Below are positions 31,781 to 49,379 of a stretch of DNA of 64,000 bases, piece after piece; position 1 is the first letter of the stretch; each line of letters opens with the position of its first letter. The stretch lies in assembly GCF_009914755.1 (NCBI RefSeq), contig NC_060927.1, one strand, 5' to 3'. Origin of the DNA: the human T2T-CHM13v2.0 reference genome, Homo sapiens. The notes beneath the pieces were generated by a model. It worked only from the letters and a program-made list of their open reading frames with translations. It did no database searches and was not told where the DNA came from. The position numbers and the translations under genes were made by a program.

Positions 31781-32139
31781 CAGGAGATGTCACACTTCGG
31801 GTGGTTATCAATCCATGGCCCTTCTGCCCCCTACAGCTGCTCAGCAGGGACGAGGTTTCTCAGACTTCTGGGATCTGGGGAGAGACAGATGAGAAGGGGA
31901 AATAGGATGTAGCCCTTTTTGAGCTATTAGGGCCTAAGGACATTGTGACTACCAGGGAGAGAGTCATATTTTTCAGGACGTCTGAATCCAGGACTAAGCA
32001 CTTGCTGGACACCTCACTCTGAGCAAGGTGTTACAGATTGGCAAGTCGTCAGAAGAGAAAAAAATGAATCGTGGTTCTTGCCAGTTCATAATGCCCTTGG
32101 AGAAGAAAATGGTGATTTAAATTAGCACAAGTTGATGGA

Positions 32140-32367
32140 TCAGAGGTGGTGATGTGTCTGCACAGCACCGCTATCAGGGTCAGGGAATTCGAAGAAGGGC
32201 GAAGCAGGGAGGAAGAATGCAGAGAGTGGAGAACTGAAGAGTGTGAGCAGGGCTCCAATCATCTGGAGGTCCCTGTGTGAGCCACAGGAGGTAGCAGTGG
32301 ACTTTGCTGAGACAGCATTCATTTTGCTTCTTGATTCCTTTATCCTTTTACAAGGACTCCAAGGTTT
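32140..32367 (-). CDS. Candidate distal alternative ANO10 terminal exon (75 aa, KPWSPCK...QTHHHL*)
   Basis: CCCTAAC branch point (32395-32401) and tcttttcatcttctaatccag acceptor, followed by a phase-0 open frame of 76 codons. Confidence 0.4.
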   Translation of the reverse strand, partial: KPWSPCKRIKESRSKMNAVSAKSTATSCGSHRDLQMIGALLTLFSSPLSAFFLPASPFFEFPDPDSGAVQTHHHL

Positions 32368-32586
32368 CTGGATTAGAAGATGAAAAGAGTGGGGGTTAGG
32401 GTGGGGCCACTGGTAGAAACAGTCACTAAGGGGAACACCAGCATGAAGGTGGAAACAAGACTGAGTCAATGTCCTGCTGGCAGAGCTGGCTTCATGTGTG
32501 TATGTGACCTTTATACTCATTTGGGGGGCACCACACTTAGAAGAGTCCCACACTAAGTTTGATGCTCTGCTGTTGTTTTAAAATTC

Positions 32587-36550
<3,964 letters not shown>

Positions 36551-37149
36551 TAAGATAAAATTCTTAATAATGTTTGAAAAAGGGCATTGCATTTTCATTT
36601 TGCACCTGTGGGTTCTGCACCTGGCCAAGGGATTCCTTTGTAGCTCTGTGCTCTGCAAGTATTGAGGAATGCTCTCACCCTTGAGAATGGGAGACTTTGG
36701 TGAGAGCTTAGGCCCAGAGAAGGCAGCAAAGGCCCGAGACAGAAGCCCAGGGACCACTCAAATGTGGAGGTGGGGAGTGAAGCCAGAGAGTGGGACACCA
36801 GCAGGTGAGCCTGAGAATTCTCATAAAGGCTGTGCAGCCTGTGAGCCAGAGGTCACCCTGAGGCCAAGGGGAATTTTAAAAAAACCTAGGAGTAGGTACT
36901 GTGGGGGCCTCTCTGGAAGTGTGAGGAGAGAGGTGGTTAGAACACAGGTGGGCACTCAAGAATGGAATGGAGGGTCTTGGAAATGGGAATTCTTTCCCTC
37001 TTAGCTACACTGCTCCTGCCCCTGGCTCTGCCTGGACACCTTCCCTTCCACAGCTCTCTCTAGCTCACCCATGCTGCTCTCAACCCGAAATTCTCGTTGC
37101 CTGTCCACTGACTCATGACTTGTGTGCCACGAAAAGAGTCTCAGAGGAG

Positions 37150-37903
<754 letters not shown>

Positions 37904-40900
37904 TCAGAAAAGAGTCTTGGCCAGGGATGCACTGTTTACCTGATCCTGGAGCCCACTCCTCAGGCTGCCCAGCTGGGTGGGGAGAGGTGTGAGAAGATGG
38001 CACTATCTCAACTTTGCCTTTGACCTTCTGGTAACAGAGGGCTGAGGAAAGCAATATTAAGGCAATTGACTATAGGAGTCCACTTTATACCACACTCAAG
38101 CTGTTGCATAACAGCATAACACATGTATATGCATCTTGTTACCTTTCTAACACCTGAACAAGTCAAAATTCCGTGACACATCTGGTCCTAAGAGATTGTA
38201 GGCATGTAGATGAAACTAGGTGAAGCCACTTCTTACACCTCATGATGAGGAACCATTCAGATTCAGGGGCTAAGACCTGGGCTCACAACATTTCCCAAAG
38301 AATTCCAGCTCTAGGTAGCTTCCCTGGTCTGGGTGGCCATTCCCTGGGACCAGCTGTCTGAGAGGAAATTGGAACTAGGCAAGAAGTGCCTCTCAGTCCC
38401 TAAGATGCCTTCTGTCCATTAGGAATCAATGTCATCAACATGTTTGTGCAAGAATTGCAGCAAAATCCTGCATCAGTGGACGTATTTTAGGTGGAGGCCT
38501 GCCACGTCACTGGATTCAGATTATTACTGCAAATCCCAGCCTGCATTCTTCCTTCTGTTGTGGTGCAAATGCCAGCAGCTACAGAGCCATTTATAGCTGG
38601 AGAGCAGCTCCTGCAGCAAACGGCTTACAAGGGCACCATGACCAGGCAGGCCACCCCAGTATGGTGGCAGAAGGGCGGGCAAGTCCCAGAAAACAGTCGT
38701 TTGTGCCACACTATTGCCCTCCCTGTCTTTATTGACCCCACTTGCTAGGACAAACTCTGGGTGCCAGTTTGTGGCCTTGTGTTCTGGGAAGGGGAGGTAG
38801 AGGTGACGGTGAGTTGCTCTTCAGTCTCCCTTAGGATGGAGACACCTTTGGTTTCTGTTTTCTGAGCCGGACAGTTATGTAAAGGGAGGTACATATCCAC
38901 GTATCCACGTCTACCCTACTGTTGCCCTTCTGGTTAATTTTTCAGAAATATACAGTGATTTTCCTTGTATTGAGCACACATTAATTTGATGATTTGGCCA
39001 GAAGCTCTTCACACCTCAGCTGGTTGCCCAGGCCTGGGCCTTGGGAGACTTGGGGGTGCGTTTTCCTTTCTCCCACAGAGGGTCAGCTGGCCTGGATTTA
39101 TTGAAGCTCTGCCTCCACTTCTTGCAGTGACTGCATCTATCCACCCCCTGGGCCGTGGGACTCTCCGGTGAAAACAGGAGGTAATAATGGGTGGGTGGGA
39201 ATAATACAAGGGAAGGAGCCTCATAATCCATGTGCTCTGTGCCACTGTTTTCCCCTTTCACTGAAGAAATTCACCAGCACTATAAGATCTATCGAGGAGG
39301 CCACCTTTCTTGAGCCAAATGCAATCAGCGTGATCTGTGCCACAAACTTAGGGGACAAACTTCATCAGACCTCTCTTGTCTATCATGTGAGGCCCCCACA
39401 TACCAATCAGCAGGAAGTCAAGGGTCTCCTCCCTGCTGAGTGGAGATTGCTGCCAACTCTGAATTGCCCAAGAATCTCCAAGGCTTACAGAGGATGGTGG
39501 GAGATGTCAGTCATCTAACGCCAGGTGGGGAAGAAACTGGTCTCTTGGGTCCCATACCTTGTTGCTCCTTTCTGTCCTGGATCCTGTTCAGGCCCAGGAT
39601 GCTTGTGGCTCTAGATCCCTGGCAGCCCCATAGAAGCACCCCAGACCTGCCCCCATGGTGGCAAGTTGGCAGGGAAGGAGGCTGGCTCTGCAGGGGCCTT
39701 TAGCATCAGCTGCTCTTGGGCAGAAACCAGCAAGGCTCTTTAACCTGCTGTGGTTCTCGGATTTCAGCGTGCAACAGCATCCAATGCAAGCATTGTTAAA
39801 GATACAGATTCCTGGGCCAAACCATCACCATGTGGCTTCTCAGGCCTGGGTGGTGGCACTGGGCATCTGCATGGAACAAGGTCTAGGCGATGCTCTCCCA
39901 AGGTCTGTGGCCACACTCAGAGGAACGTGAGGCCCTGTTGCTGAGCCTGGCTCCAGCCACAAGGCCTTGATTTCAGGCTCCCTGCCCACCCTGGTGCAGG
40001 CCTTGACTGGGGCCCTGGGCTAGCGAACAAGACCTCCTAACTTTGACTCCTGGAGAGTTAGGAAGCGGCTCCCCACACCCTTCCACGGTGCCTACCTGAC
40101 TGGTTCCCTTCCCAGGACCAGGAAAAGCATCTTCCTTCTCAAGTGGCTGTGGCCCATCTTGTGGTCGGGACAGAAGGGTGTTCCCAAGCCTGAGGACACA
40201 GCTCCCCTGGCTGTGTCCTGTTGGGCTTCCAGAGGTGCTGGAGGCTCCAGGTTCTGTCAGGTCCCTTGGATGGGGCGTAGAGGGCATGCAGGGAGGCCTG
40301 GAGCCTGGCAACCCTGTAGACTCAGCTACTGGCAAGAAGTTCACCAAGGCCCACACTGTCTGGCTGTTTATCAAGGCACTGGCCAGGCACTGTCCTTGCA
40401 GGGTCATGGGGTTCTTAAAACTTAGTAAGGACCAGTCTGGACCCTTCGGTCCTCAGTGTGTGGCCTTCGGCCTTCCTTCTTCCTGTTGCTACTTTTGTGC
40501 TGGAAGAAGGGCAGGAGCCACAGGGTTTGAGGCTGGGAACACGGGTCTCAGGTGCCGGGCAGAGCCTGTGTGGAAGCGGGGCTTGGCACAGATGGCAAAG
40601 GACAGATGTGGGTGGACATGGGCTGTGGAGAAATCACTTGAACCCTGCAAGCCTCAGGGTTCCTTTATTAAATGGGGACAACGTGAGGCAACAGTGACCC
40701 AGAGGGCTCTTGGCCATCCAGCTTTGCTGCAGGGCTGGTTGGCCATGAGCATTCGCTTCTTATTTGCTAGTGAAGCTGCTAAAATAAAGATTTGTTCTCA
40801 AGTCTGAGCTTTTGAGCTGCTGATGGGGAGTTTGGCAGTGTGGCCACCATGAGGGGGAAGGGTCCACCGCCTGATCCCCCTGCCCGGAGGCTGCAGCCCT

Positions 40901-41239
40901 GGGATGCTCTGGGGTTTCTGTTGGCCTCTGTGTGGGGCTTTAGTGCACTGGAGAGTGAGAGGAGCCGCCTGTGTGGAGTGGGACAGCCCTCCCCCATGGG
41001 GAGGGCACCTAGGAAATGTCACCAGCACAGGGCTCAACACGGTCTGCGCTGGTTGTGTGAAAGAGAAGAGTTGGGCTGTGAAGTGAATTGGGCCTGCGGC
41101 CAAACCCCCACTGGGGTCAAGTCCCAGTGACAATCTGTGGGACTTGGAGACAGCCTGTATCTCATGGCTTGAGGGAGGCAGGTTAGGGATGCATGCGACA
41201 GTCACGACCTCCCTGGCCACTTTTGAGGTGAGGCAGGAG

Positions 41240-42320
41240 CGCTCGGGCAGGGCTGTCTGCGCAGATACCGCAGGAGCCGCGGGGCACCTAGAGCCCGTCT
41301 GAGCAACTTGCAGGGGCGGGGGGCTCCCTGGGAACCCTTCTCCGAGGTCGCAGGTGGAACGGGCTTGCGCGTGAGAACGGGGCCTGGGCTTAACTCACTG
41401 GGGCCTCCCCCGGGTGGCCGAGGTTCTTTTCCCACGCCCTGCCCGACAGCTGCTCTCCAGCTGTCCTCCTTGGAAGCTGTCCAGTGCCGGGAGAGCTCTG
41501 GGCCTGGGATCCAAATACCTGGGTTCAGTCTCCTGTGGTTCCCTGGCGTGGGCCTCCCTCCTCTAAGCCATGAGGAGTTTGGACCCGGGTTCCGAAGCCT
41601 TTCCTACCTGCCCCTGTCCGTCCCTCAGGGGCCGCTGCAGTCTCAGCCTCCTGACTCTTGGCTGCTCTGTCTCTGGGCACTTTTCTTGGCCGGGCGCGGG
41701 GCTGGTACCTCCCAGCTCTTGGAAGCCATGGAGGAAGGCGGGCTGGAACCGTTGGGCGGGGGGCGGGGGGCGGGGGGAGTTCACCCTCTGGAGTCCTCAG
41801 GGGTGTCGGGGGAACTGGGTGGTCAAAGTGGGGAGGTTCTCTTGGGTAGGGTCACCAGGGGCCCCTAAGGCAGCACCGCCAGGGAGGGTGGGCCCGCAAG
41901 AGGCTCGTGGGGGGCGTGGTGGGGTTGGATCTGAGGCTGAGGTGAGGCCAGCAACGAGAGAACAGTGGGCGAGCCAGTGGCCAGAAGGGCTGGGGGATGA
42001 AGTGAGGTGCAGGGAAGGGGGTCCCCCAGGGTTCCAGGCGGGGACCGTGACCGCAGGGAATGGCTGTGTGAGGCCAGGGTGTGGGTGGGACGGCATCGGC
42101 CTAGATGTCTTCCTCAGTCCAACTTAGATGCGAGGGAGCTATAGAATGTGAAGCAGCAGACACGCTGTTCCTCTACCCCTACTCTTCCAACTATGCCATT
42201 GAGTCCTGAGCACCTGCGGCGTGCCAGATGGCACCCACGACAGGCCGGGGGATACAGAAGAGGAACTCGCCACAGCTCCAGCCAGCTAGAGCCTAGCAAA
42301 CCGCGGCAACCTCCCCGTCC
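41240..42320. promoter_or_regulatory. Intergenic GC/CpG-rich island-like element with GC boxes
   Basis: Locally dense CpG outside any recognisable repeat; GGGCGGGGGGCGGGGGGCGGGGGG at 41754-41777. Confidence 0.5.
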
Positions 42321-43639
42321 TGCCAATATCCCTTTTGACACAACCCAATTGGTTCCACATCCACCCTCCCCCGTGGCCTTGTGCCTGAGGTCTGGCCCCA
42401 TTGGAGGGTCCCGTTCTCCCCTGTGCAGTGACTGGCTAAGGCTTAGTTAAGTGGTGTAGTTGTGCCCAATCAGACGCTGAGGAAGGGCAGATGGGCGGCT
42501 TCTGGGAAGGGCACAGTCACAGTGCTGGGAGGAGGCTACCTGGCTCTGCGGCACTGCAGGTGGCAAGTGATTTGGTGGCTTCACGTTCCGGGAATCCAGG
42601 ACCCACTGGTTCACAACCAATTGCATTCATGCGACTGACTCCCAAAGCCGGGCTCTGGGGGATAGGGGGACACTAAGAGCTGGTGCCAAGAGCGCCATTT
42701 CAACCCTCTCCTTTCCCAGCAAACAGGCGCCCAGGCTGAAATGGAGTAAAGATCCTGGGTCTCAAGACTCAGGCCTATATTGGTGGCTGCCATTCACTGA
42801 CATTTCCAAACATGAGCCTGTTCTAGAAACTGTCTGTCAAACACTGAACAACCGCCGAATAACAAGGCCCTGGAGTGGCTCATCCCATGTAAGGGCAGGG
42901 ACAAAGCTCACTGACATGTGTCCACTCTGTAAAACAGAATGGGCTCACGGGACCAACACAAACACCCATGAAGGGGCAGACAGGGAGAGTCGGGACCTCC
43001 AAAGACAAGTGGTGCTTGAATTGGCTTGAGGAGGCTGCCCCATCTCTGAGGTGGAGGAGGGATCAAGATGCCCGACTCCTGAGGTGAGGGAAACAGGCCT
43101 CTGCCAACCAGGAAGCATGGCGGCCCTCCCCGCTCTTCACCTTCTCACCTTCTCCGGGTGGGCCAGGGCATCTGCTGCTGTCCGAGTGGAGGTGCCCACG
43201 GGTCTGTAGTGTCTTGGCTACAGCAGGACGGCCAGCGCTGGTGGGAAGGGCTGTATACGTGGGCAGCACTGGCCTACATGGCATTCTTGTGCCTGTGAAT
43301 GCAGGGCAGTCCATGGACACAGCTAGGGAGGTGGGCAGCACCACTGGGCAAGGAGGGCCCTTTTCTCTGCAAGCCCAAGCCCAGGCCAGGGCACCAGGAG
43401 TGGCTGCTGGCCCTTGGCTTGGCACCATGGGTACACCCTGCATGTGAAAGCAGCCCTAGTGTCCCTGTAGGTGGGCACCACCAGCAGCAGTTCTCAAAAA
43501 TGGCCCAGCCTTCAGCTACAAGCTTTGGTGCCTGGCCTCCAGCCAAGCCCCTCACCCTGGGCTCCTGATCTCACCGCTCCACCTTCAGTGACCTCACCAA
43601 GTGCTTCAGAAAAGGGAAGCCCATTGCGGTACCTATGTA

Positions 43640-44217
43640 GGCAGAAGGAGTCAGAGAGGTTGCCTTTAATAGCTCAGTTACTATTGTTTATGTTGATAAA
43701 GGGTCTGTTAATGTATTGCAAAAGAGAACCAGGAAAGAGGTCCAGTGTGGGAAGCACTGCCTTACTGTACCCCGCTCACTCTCAACTGAGGCTCCTGTGA
43801 TGAGCACAGTGGGCACACACCCCATCCCCAACCTGTCCACGGGTCCCTGGGCCATGGTGGGGTTGGGAGTGACACTGCTATGAGGGGAACGTGGAGAGCT
43901 GGTGGCTCACTCATGGTGAGAGGCTCAAGGGCGGCAGTGGCTCTGCAGCAAAGTTGGCAGCTGGAGCAGCGTGTGGGGCCCGGGAAGGAACTGGGAAGGA
44001 GCAGACAGGGTGGGGCTGGGGGAACTGCCAAGGATCCCGAGCCAAGCCACTGCGAAACTGAGAAGGGTGCTTGCCACATGGGAGCCACTTCGTTTGGCTA
44101 AGCATTGGGTCTGGGTTCAGGAGCCACGATGCTGCCCCGGGTACCCCCCCTGCCACCGTGGCAGGTGTGGCACAGACACAGGCCTCTGCCAACAGGGCAG
44201 CTGGGCACGCTGGGCAC
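43640..44217 (-). other. ANO10: ANO10 3' UTR
   Basis: Lies between the TGA at 44218-44220 and ATTAAA at 43665-43670 on the minus strand. The end is approximate. Confidence 0.75.
43665..43670 (-). terminator. ANO10 polyadenylation signal ATTAAA
   Basis: Plus-strand TTTAAT ~550 nt past the stop, in an AT-richer patch of GC-rich sequence. Confidence 0.7.
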
Positions 44218-44286
44218 TCAGGTTGCCTTCTCCTTCCCGCTTTCCATTGGTTCCTCCTTCAGGTTCTCGGTCACGAGCTTCATTTG
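44218..44286 (-). CDS. ANO10: ANO10 (anoctamin-10/TMEM16K) terminal coding exon
   Basis: The minus strand reads ggctcacctggtgtcctgttttctcttaacag|CAA ATG AAG..., giving QMKLVTENLKEEPMESGKEKAT*, recognised as the ANO10 C-terminus. Branch point, pyrimidine tract and AG are all present. Confidence 0.93.
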   Translation of the reverse strand, partial: QMKLVTENLKEEPMESGKEKAT

Positions 44287-44639
44287 CTGTTAAGAGAAAA
44301 CAGGACACCAGGTGAGCCACAGAAGCCTAAGTAGTGGCCGAGGCCTCTGCTCTCTGTGGAAGCCTGGCCAGCGGCTTTGACCCCAGGGAAGTGGTGACTC
44401 TGATGCTGCCTGCAGCTTCCTGCAAGTCCCTGGGTCTGACTCTGAGGAGATGGGAGACAGTTGGTGTGGTGGAAATGCAATGTCGCACTGTGTGAGCCCA
44501 GACCAGCAGGGATTTTAAGGACACTGAAATGAGAAGCAGCTGGCGTCTCCTCCTCCCTGGATGGCCAGGATGAGGGGAATAGGCGGACAGGGCCTGAGAG
44601 AGGACGGGGCACAGGCTTGGGACCAAGTGCTTGCTTTGC

Positions 44640-44790
44640 CCCTGTGCTTTGAGCGACCCTGGCAGTTTGACCTCACTGAGCCGGAGTTTCCAAATCTGCA
44701 GTGAGAGCAATAGTGCCTATTTTGCAGGGTGGCTGCAAGTATTGTTGTCCATGAAGTCCCTGGCACAGAACAGATGCCCCAAATCATCAG
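44640..44790 (+). mobile_element. MIR
   Basis: gaccctggcagtttgacctcactgagcc...agtttccaaatctgca...cctggcacag. Confidence 0.6.
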
Positions 44791-45998
44791 ATGTTTCTCA
44801 CCAGCCTTTTGTCCCTAGTACAGCCACAGGACTTACACTCACCCCTCCGCCCCCATCCTCACTGGGAACAACCCATGAAGTCTCTGTGAGGGTGACGTCA
44901 AGATAGAGGTGCCCTCCTCGAGGGCAGGATGGGAGACTTCCAGGGAGGTGTCAGAAGGGAGAGCCTGTTCCCACAAGTCAGGCAGCGACGTAGGGGACAG
45001 TTCTGCTGCTCCTACCTTCCCCTACCCCAGCCCTGAAGCTCCCAGTCACTTCGGTTTTATGGCTAGAAAACACCACTACAGCTCTGCCCTATTCGTTGAA
45101 TAAATGAATAACTATAATACTGTGGAAGTTGGCTTCAAACAGATTTTTGATAACAGTGATTCACCTATGGAAAAACAAAACTCTGAGCGCAAACATGGCT
45201 GGTACCCCCAGTACCTGGCTACTCATCTTGAGAGCCCCAAGTGCCACCCAGGGCTGGAAGCAATACCATGCTCCCTGTGGCTTTCAGTGGGAGAAGCCCC
45301 TTTCACAGACTGTCAATCAAAAGTCCTTGTCTGCTGCTTTAATTTACCCTCCTAAGGATCCTTTAGATCTGCAGTACCTCAGGAAGGTGCTCTCAACTCC
45401 TGACCATTCTCATGTTTTCTGAGCCTGGCCTGTCTCCCACAGGGCGGCTCATGATGGCTCCTGGAAGCTGAGCCCTCTGCATTTGGCTTGGGGAGGGGAC
45501 TGGCTGGCCCTTTCTTATCCAGGTCTAAGCAGGGCTTAGGAGATGGCTTTTGATGAGAAAGGGGGCTACGGAGAGTCAAGGTGACCAGTTTACCTGCGGT
45601 GGGGGTAAGAGGGTTCTTTCTGCAGGGGCCACAGCATTTCAGTAGGCCTGGAGTAGGGGGTAGACACACAAGTTAACACTGGCCCAGGGACATGCCCTGT
45701 CCAAATGACCCACCACTGCAAGATTTCTATAACCTTCATCCTGCCAGGGGGATAGAGATGGTTTAATAGTTCACAAACCTAGAAAGGCTGAACTGCTAGG
45801 CACTGTAAAAGTCTCCCCAGAGTTTTTTGCATCTGCTACCTCTTCCATTACTAACATTTCAGGTCTTCCCACAAGCCCATGCTGTTAACTACAGATATAA
45901 AATATCACCATAAATAAAAACTGTAATATTTCAGCCCAGGTTCACTGCAGACTCTTCTAGCTGTTATCATTTAATACTTGTAAGACTTTTAAAATGTC

Positions 45999-46156
45999 TT
46001 TTTTTTTTTTTTTCAAGAGCCAGGGTCTCACTTTGTTGCCCAGGCTGGAGTGCAGAGGCGTGATCACACTGCAACCTCGAACTCCTGGGCTCAAGGGATC
46101 CTCCTGCCTCAATTTCCCAAGTAGCTGGGACTACGGGCATGAGCCACTGTGTGCGG
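45999..46156 (-). mobile_element. Alu monomer (FRAM/AluJ)
   Basis: Reverse single arm with T tail. Confidence 0.8.
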
Positions 46157-49100
46157 TAAATTTAACTAAACTAAAACAATAATGAAGACAGAACATTCCC
46201 CAGCTTGTCACGGAATCTTGCAGCCACATTTCCCTGGCATTCCACATGGGGAAGAAAATCAAAATGGGAGCATCTGAGGCTCCTTTCAAGGCATGGTGGC
46301 TGGAAGCCCCGTGAGGTCAGGCACAGAAGCATCCAGCAGCTCTCTGGGAGGGGCCCCCTGCTCCACAGTAGCCAGGGATGGGCCTTCTCCTCCAAATGAC
46401 CAAACCCAATGTGACTTTTGTCTCACTTCCTGGGGCTGCTTCTGGGGTGCCCCCCACTTGTCCTTATAACTGATGTGCCCATGAGGGGCTTCTTCAGGGC
46501 CACAGCCCCTTCTCTCAGGCCCAGGGTTGGGGGCTTCACCCAAGTTCAGGGAAGGAACTCGGAACCCACTTGGCTGGGTTCCTCCCACCTGCAGTGCCTG
46601 CCTTGCTCAGGGCAGCACCTAAGAGCCTGAGGATGTCCACGAGGTCACAAGGTCATCTGCACTGAACTGCACTACTGGTGGCAAAGGTAGAAAGAATGGC
46701 CAGGGACCCTACAGTCCTCCCTTGCCTCAGGCCAGGCAGGAGCCATTTGCACATTTCTGCTCTTTCCTTCACCTGTCCTGGAGCAAGGCTTCTTTTAAAG
46801 CCATGAATGACCAAGCCTCACTGGAGTGTTCTGTGATCCCCAAGTTGGGCCACGGCCATGGGATGTCTCAAGGCCAGCTTGGCAGCCAGGGGAACAGGAG
46901 GGGACAGGAAGGCTGTGCTCCCAGGGCCTCCACAGGGCAGTGGCAGACCAGGTGGTTTCCTTCCAAGGGCACTCTCCCTCCCAGGGCCATGGTATGGAGG
47001 GGGGCTCAGCTCGACTCCCTGGGTTGCCTGTGCCCACAATCCCCAGCTGGAAGACCCTAAGCCAATGGCAGAACCAGAAATTAAAACCTGCAGCTAAAGT
47101 CCAAAGAAAAACCCAAGCGATTTGGAGGAAATGAGCTGCAACAGCCCGCTTTCCTGAGACAAGCTAAGTTGTCATGAAATCAGTGGCTGACATTCACACC
47201 TTTTCTGTGTAAATGGGGCAGGCCTCTACCTCCCTTGGCTGCAAATGGAGTCAGAGCCACAGATACTCATTACCGGCTGGCTGGCCCTAAGATGGCTTCT
47301 CTTAGGTAAACCAATTGCTATCTACCACTCATGAGTCTGCAACCCTCAGTATGGGGGTCATGCGACGTACAACAGGAATATCCCATTTGTTTTCCAGGAG
47401 GGCTGTCCTCCTGGTGAAGAGGAGGCTGAGCCCTAACCACAGCCCTGGCCCAAGAGCACTTCCCACACCCTCCCCGATGGGGAAGTGGTGAGCACTGGCA
47501 GAAGTGATGTCAGGATCACAGAATTTATGATTAGGAAGGAACCCTGAAGAACAGTCAGTCTCATGGCCACTTAAGAATCCTGAGACCTGGTTAAATGCAG
47601 GCCCTGCAGTGGACCCCAGACTCTCTGAATTTTTAACGAGCCTTCGAGTTTTTCCACTGGCCACCCCAGGCTTGCAAGTCTCTGATTTGTTGTCTGTCAC
47701 CTTTCACAAATAAGCGAGCTGGGGCCAGGAGGGGTGAAACAGATTTCTCCCAGGCCATACTGCAGGCTCTGGCTGAGTGGGCTGGGACGGTGCCTAGGCA
47801 CCAGGCTGCCTCTGGCAGCTCAGTTCTTTGGCTTCTTCTCCTTAACAAACCTGGCTGGAGGGTGGGTGGGGTGGGAGGGAGCAACAATATCCCCTTAAAA
47901 AAAACCTGGCTTCTTTGGGGATCCTTAAATTAAAATCTTCATAAAAATATAAGCAAGATAATAGAGCTGACGACTTCTCCAAAAAAGTATCAAAATGGAG
48001 ACAGAATGGAATTTTCCCCTAACTTGTGACTCATTAAAACACCCATGCTCCAAATTATTCTTTAAAAAGCACTGACTAATTTTTTGCATCATTATTAGTA
48101 ATGATTATAATAGGAACCTAATCATTAAGTGTGTTGGCCAAATGCACAGCTTGACCTGAGGAAGACTGTGTGACCAGATCCCCTTGTCTCTGTGGAGAAG
48201 TACAGAAATACTTTCTGAGAATTGCAATGCTTCCCACAGACCTGGAATGGCCATGGTGGACTCCATAGACTTGTGATAACCATGGTGGACACCACGGACC
48301 TCAAATGGCCCCTTCTCCCTCCCAGCCTTGTAGCAGAGACTCCTTCTGGCTGAGCCCACAATAAACTTTAGGATCCTTCTATTCATAGCATTCAGGGAAT
48401 CACTACCATTTGATTACATCTCCTGCTCAATTTGAAATCTACTAGCAACTACTCCATTACCCCTTCTCACCCCTGCCCCCCGTCCCAAACCAAGACCTAC
48501 AGAAGGAATCTGTCTGGGGAGCCCTTGGCTGAAGGATAGAAAATCCCATGCGTCATCAGTTACTGTTCACTAGTGGCCTCACCGTCCATGTCCTCTGAGT
48601 GCAGGGTGCAGTGGCTGGGATACAGCCAGGCTGCTGGCCACATAGGGTGTCTAGGAATGGAGTTCTCAGGCCACTTCAGCCCAGCAGCAGCACCTGGTTC
48701 CCCCGAGCCACCCCAGCCTTGGGTGTGCAGGCCTGAGATGGAGCATCATGATCACCCATTCCTACTCCCCGACCCAAAGTCTGATTTAATGCACCTAAGT
48801 GTGGCCTGGGCACAGGGACTTTTCAAAGCTCCCCAACTGATTCTAACATGCAGCTGAGGTAGAGAGCCACTGCCTGAAACGAAGCCACCCTCCAAGTCTC
48901 CCTGAGAAGGGGAATGGCGGGGAAGAAGGGAGGATCAACTTCGAGCCTCCTCCACTCAAGCTGTGCACACACCCCTTATTCACACCTTGCAACCACAAGC
49001 AAGGGCTTCTCTACAGGTGTCACTGACATGGCCCTGGGGACTCACAAGGCTAGGCAGCTTATTGAGGACATGCAGCTAGAGTCAGGGCAAAAATCAAGCA

Positions 49101-49379
49101 ACAGCCTGACAATTCAGACAAAAAAGGACAGTGGGGCTTCTGAAGCACCTATTTTCACAGACTTTTTATTTGTTATCTCTATTGAAAAGTTTACCTCAGT
49201 GTTCTGAAAATATCATAATATAATGATTAAAAAGTCCAAGCCTGTCTGGGCTTGGTGGTGCCATAAGGCTCTAAACAGCCACGACAGCAGTGAGTAGAGG
49301 GGCAGGAAGGTGCTTGCAGCAGCCTGTCAGGCGGTCCTGGAGGGAGTTACATCCACCTCTCCCTCTGATTGTTGCTTCA

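Noticed and set aside
40783-40788. Plus-strand AATAAA in intergenic DNA
   Set aside because: No supported upstream plus-strand exon; an isolated hexamer is expected by chance.
39900-47200. Many 60-209 aa ORFs in the GC-rich zone (e.g. 40178..40807, 41308..41868, 41570..42127)
   Set aside because: They occur on both strands in overlapping frames, are low-complexity G/P/R-rich and show no recognisable domain. This is expected from stop-codon scarcity at high GC.
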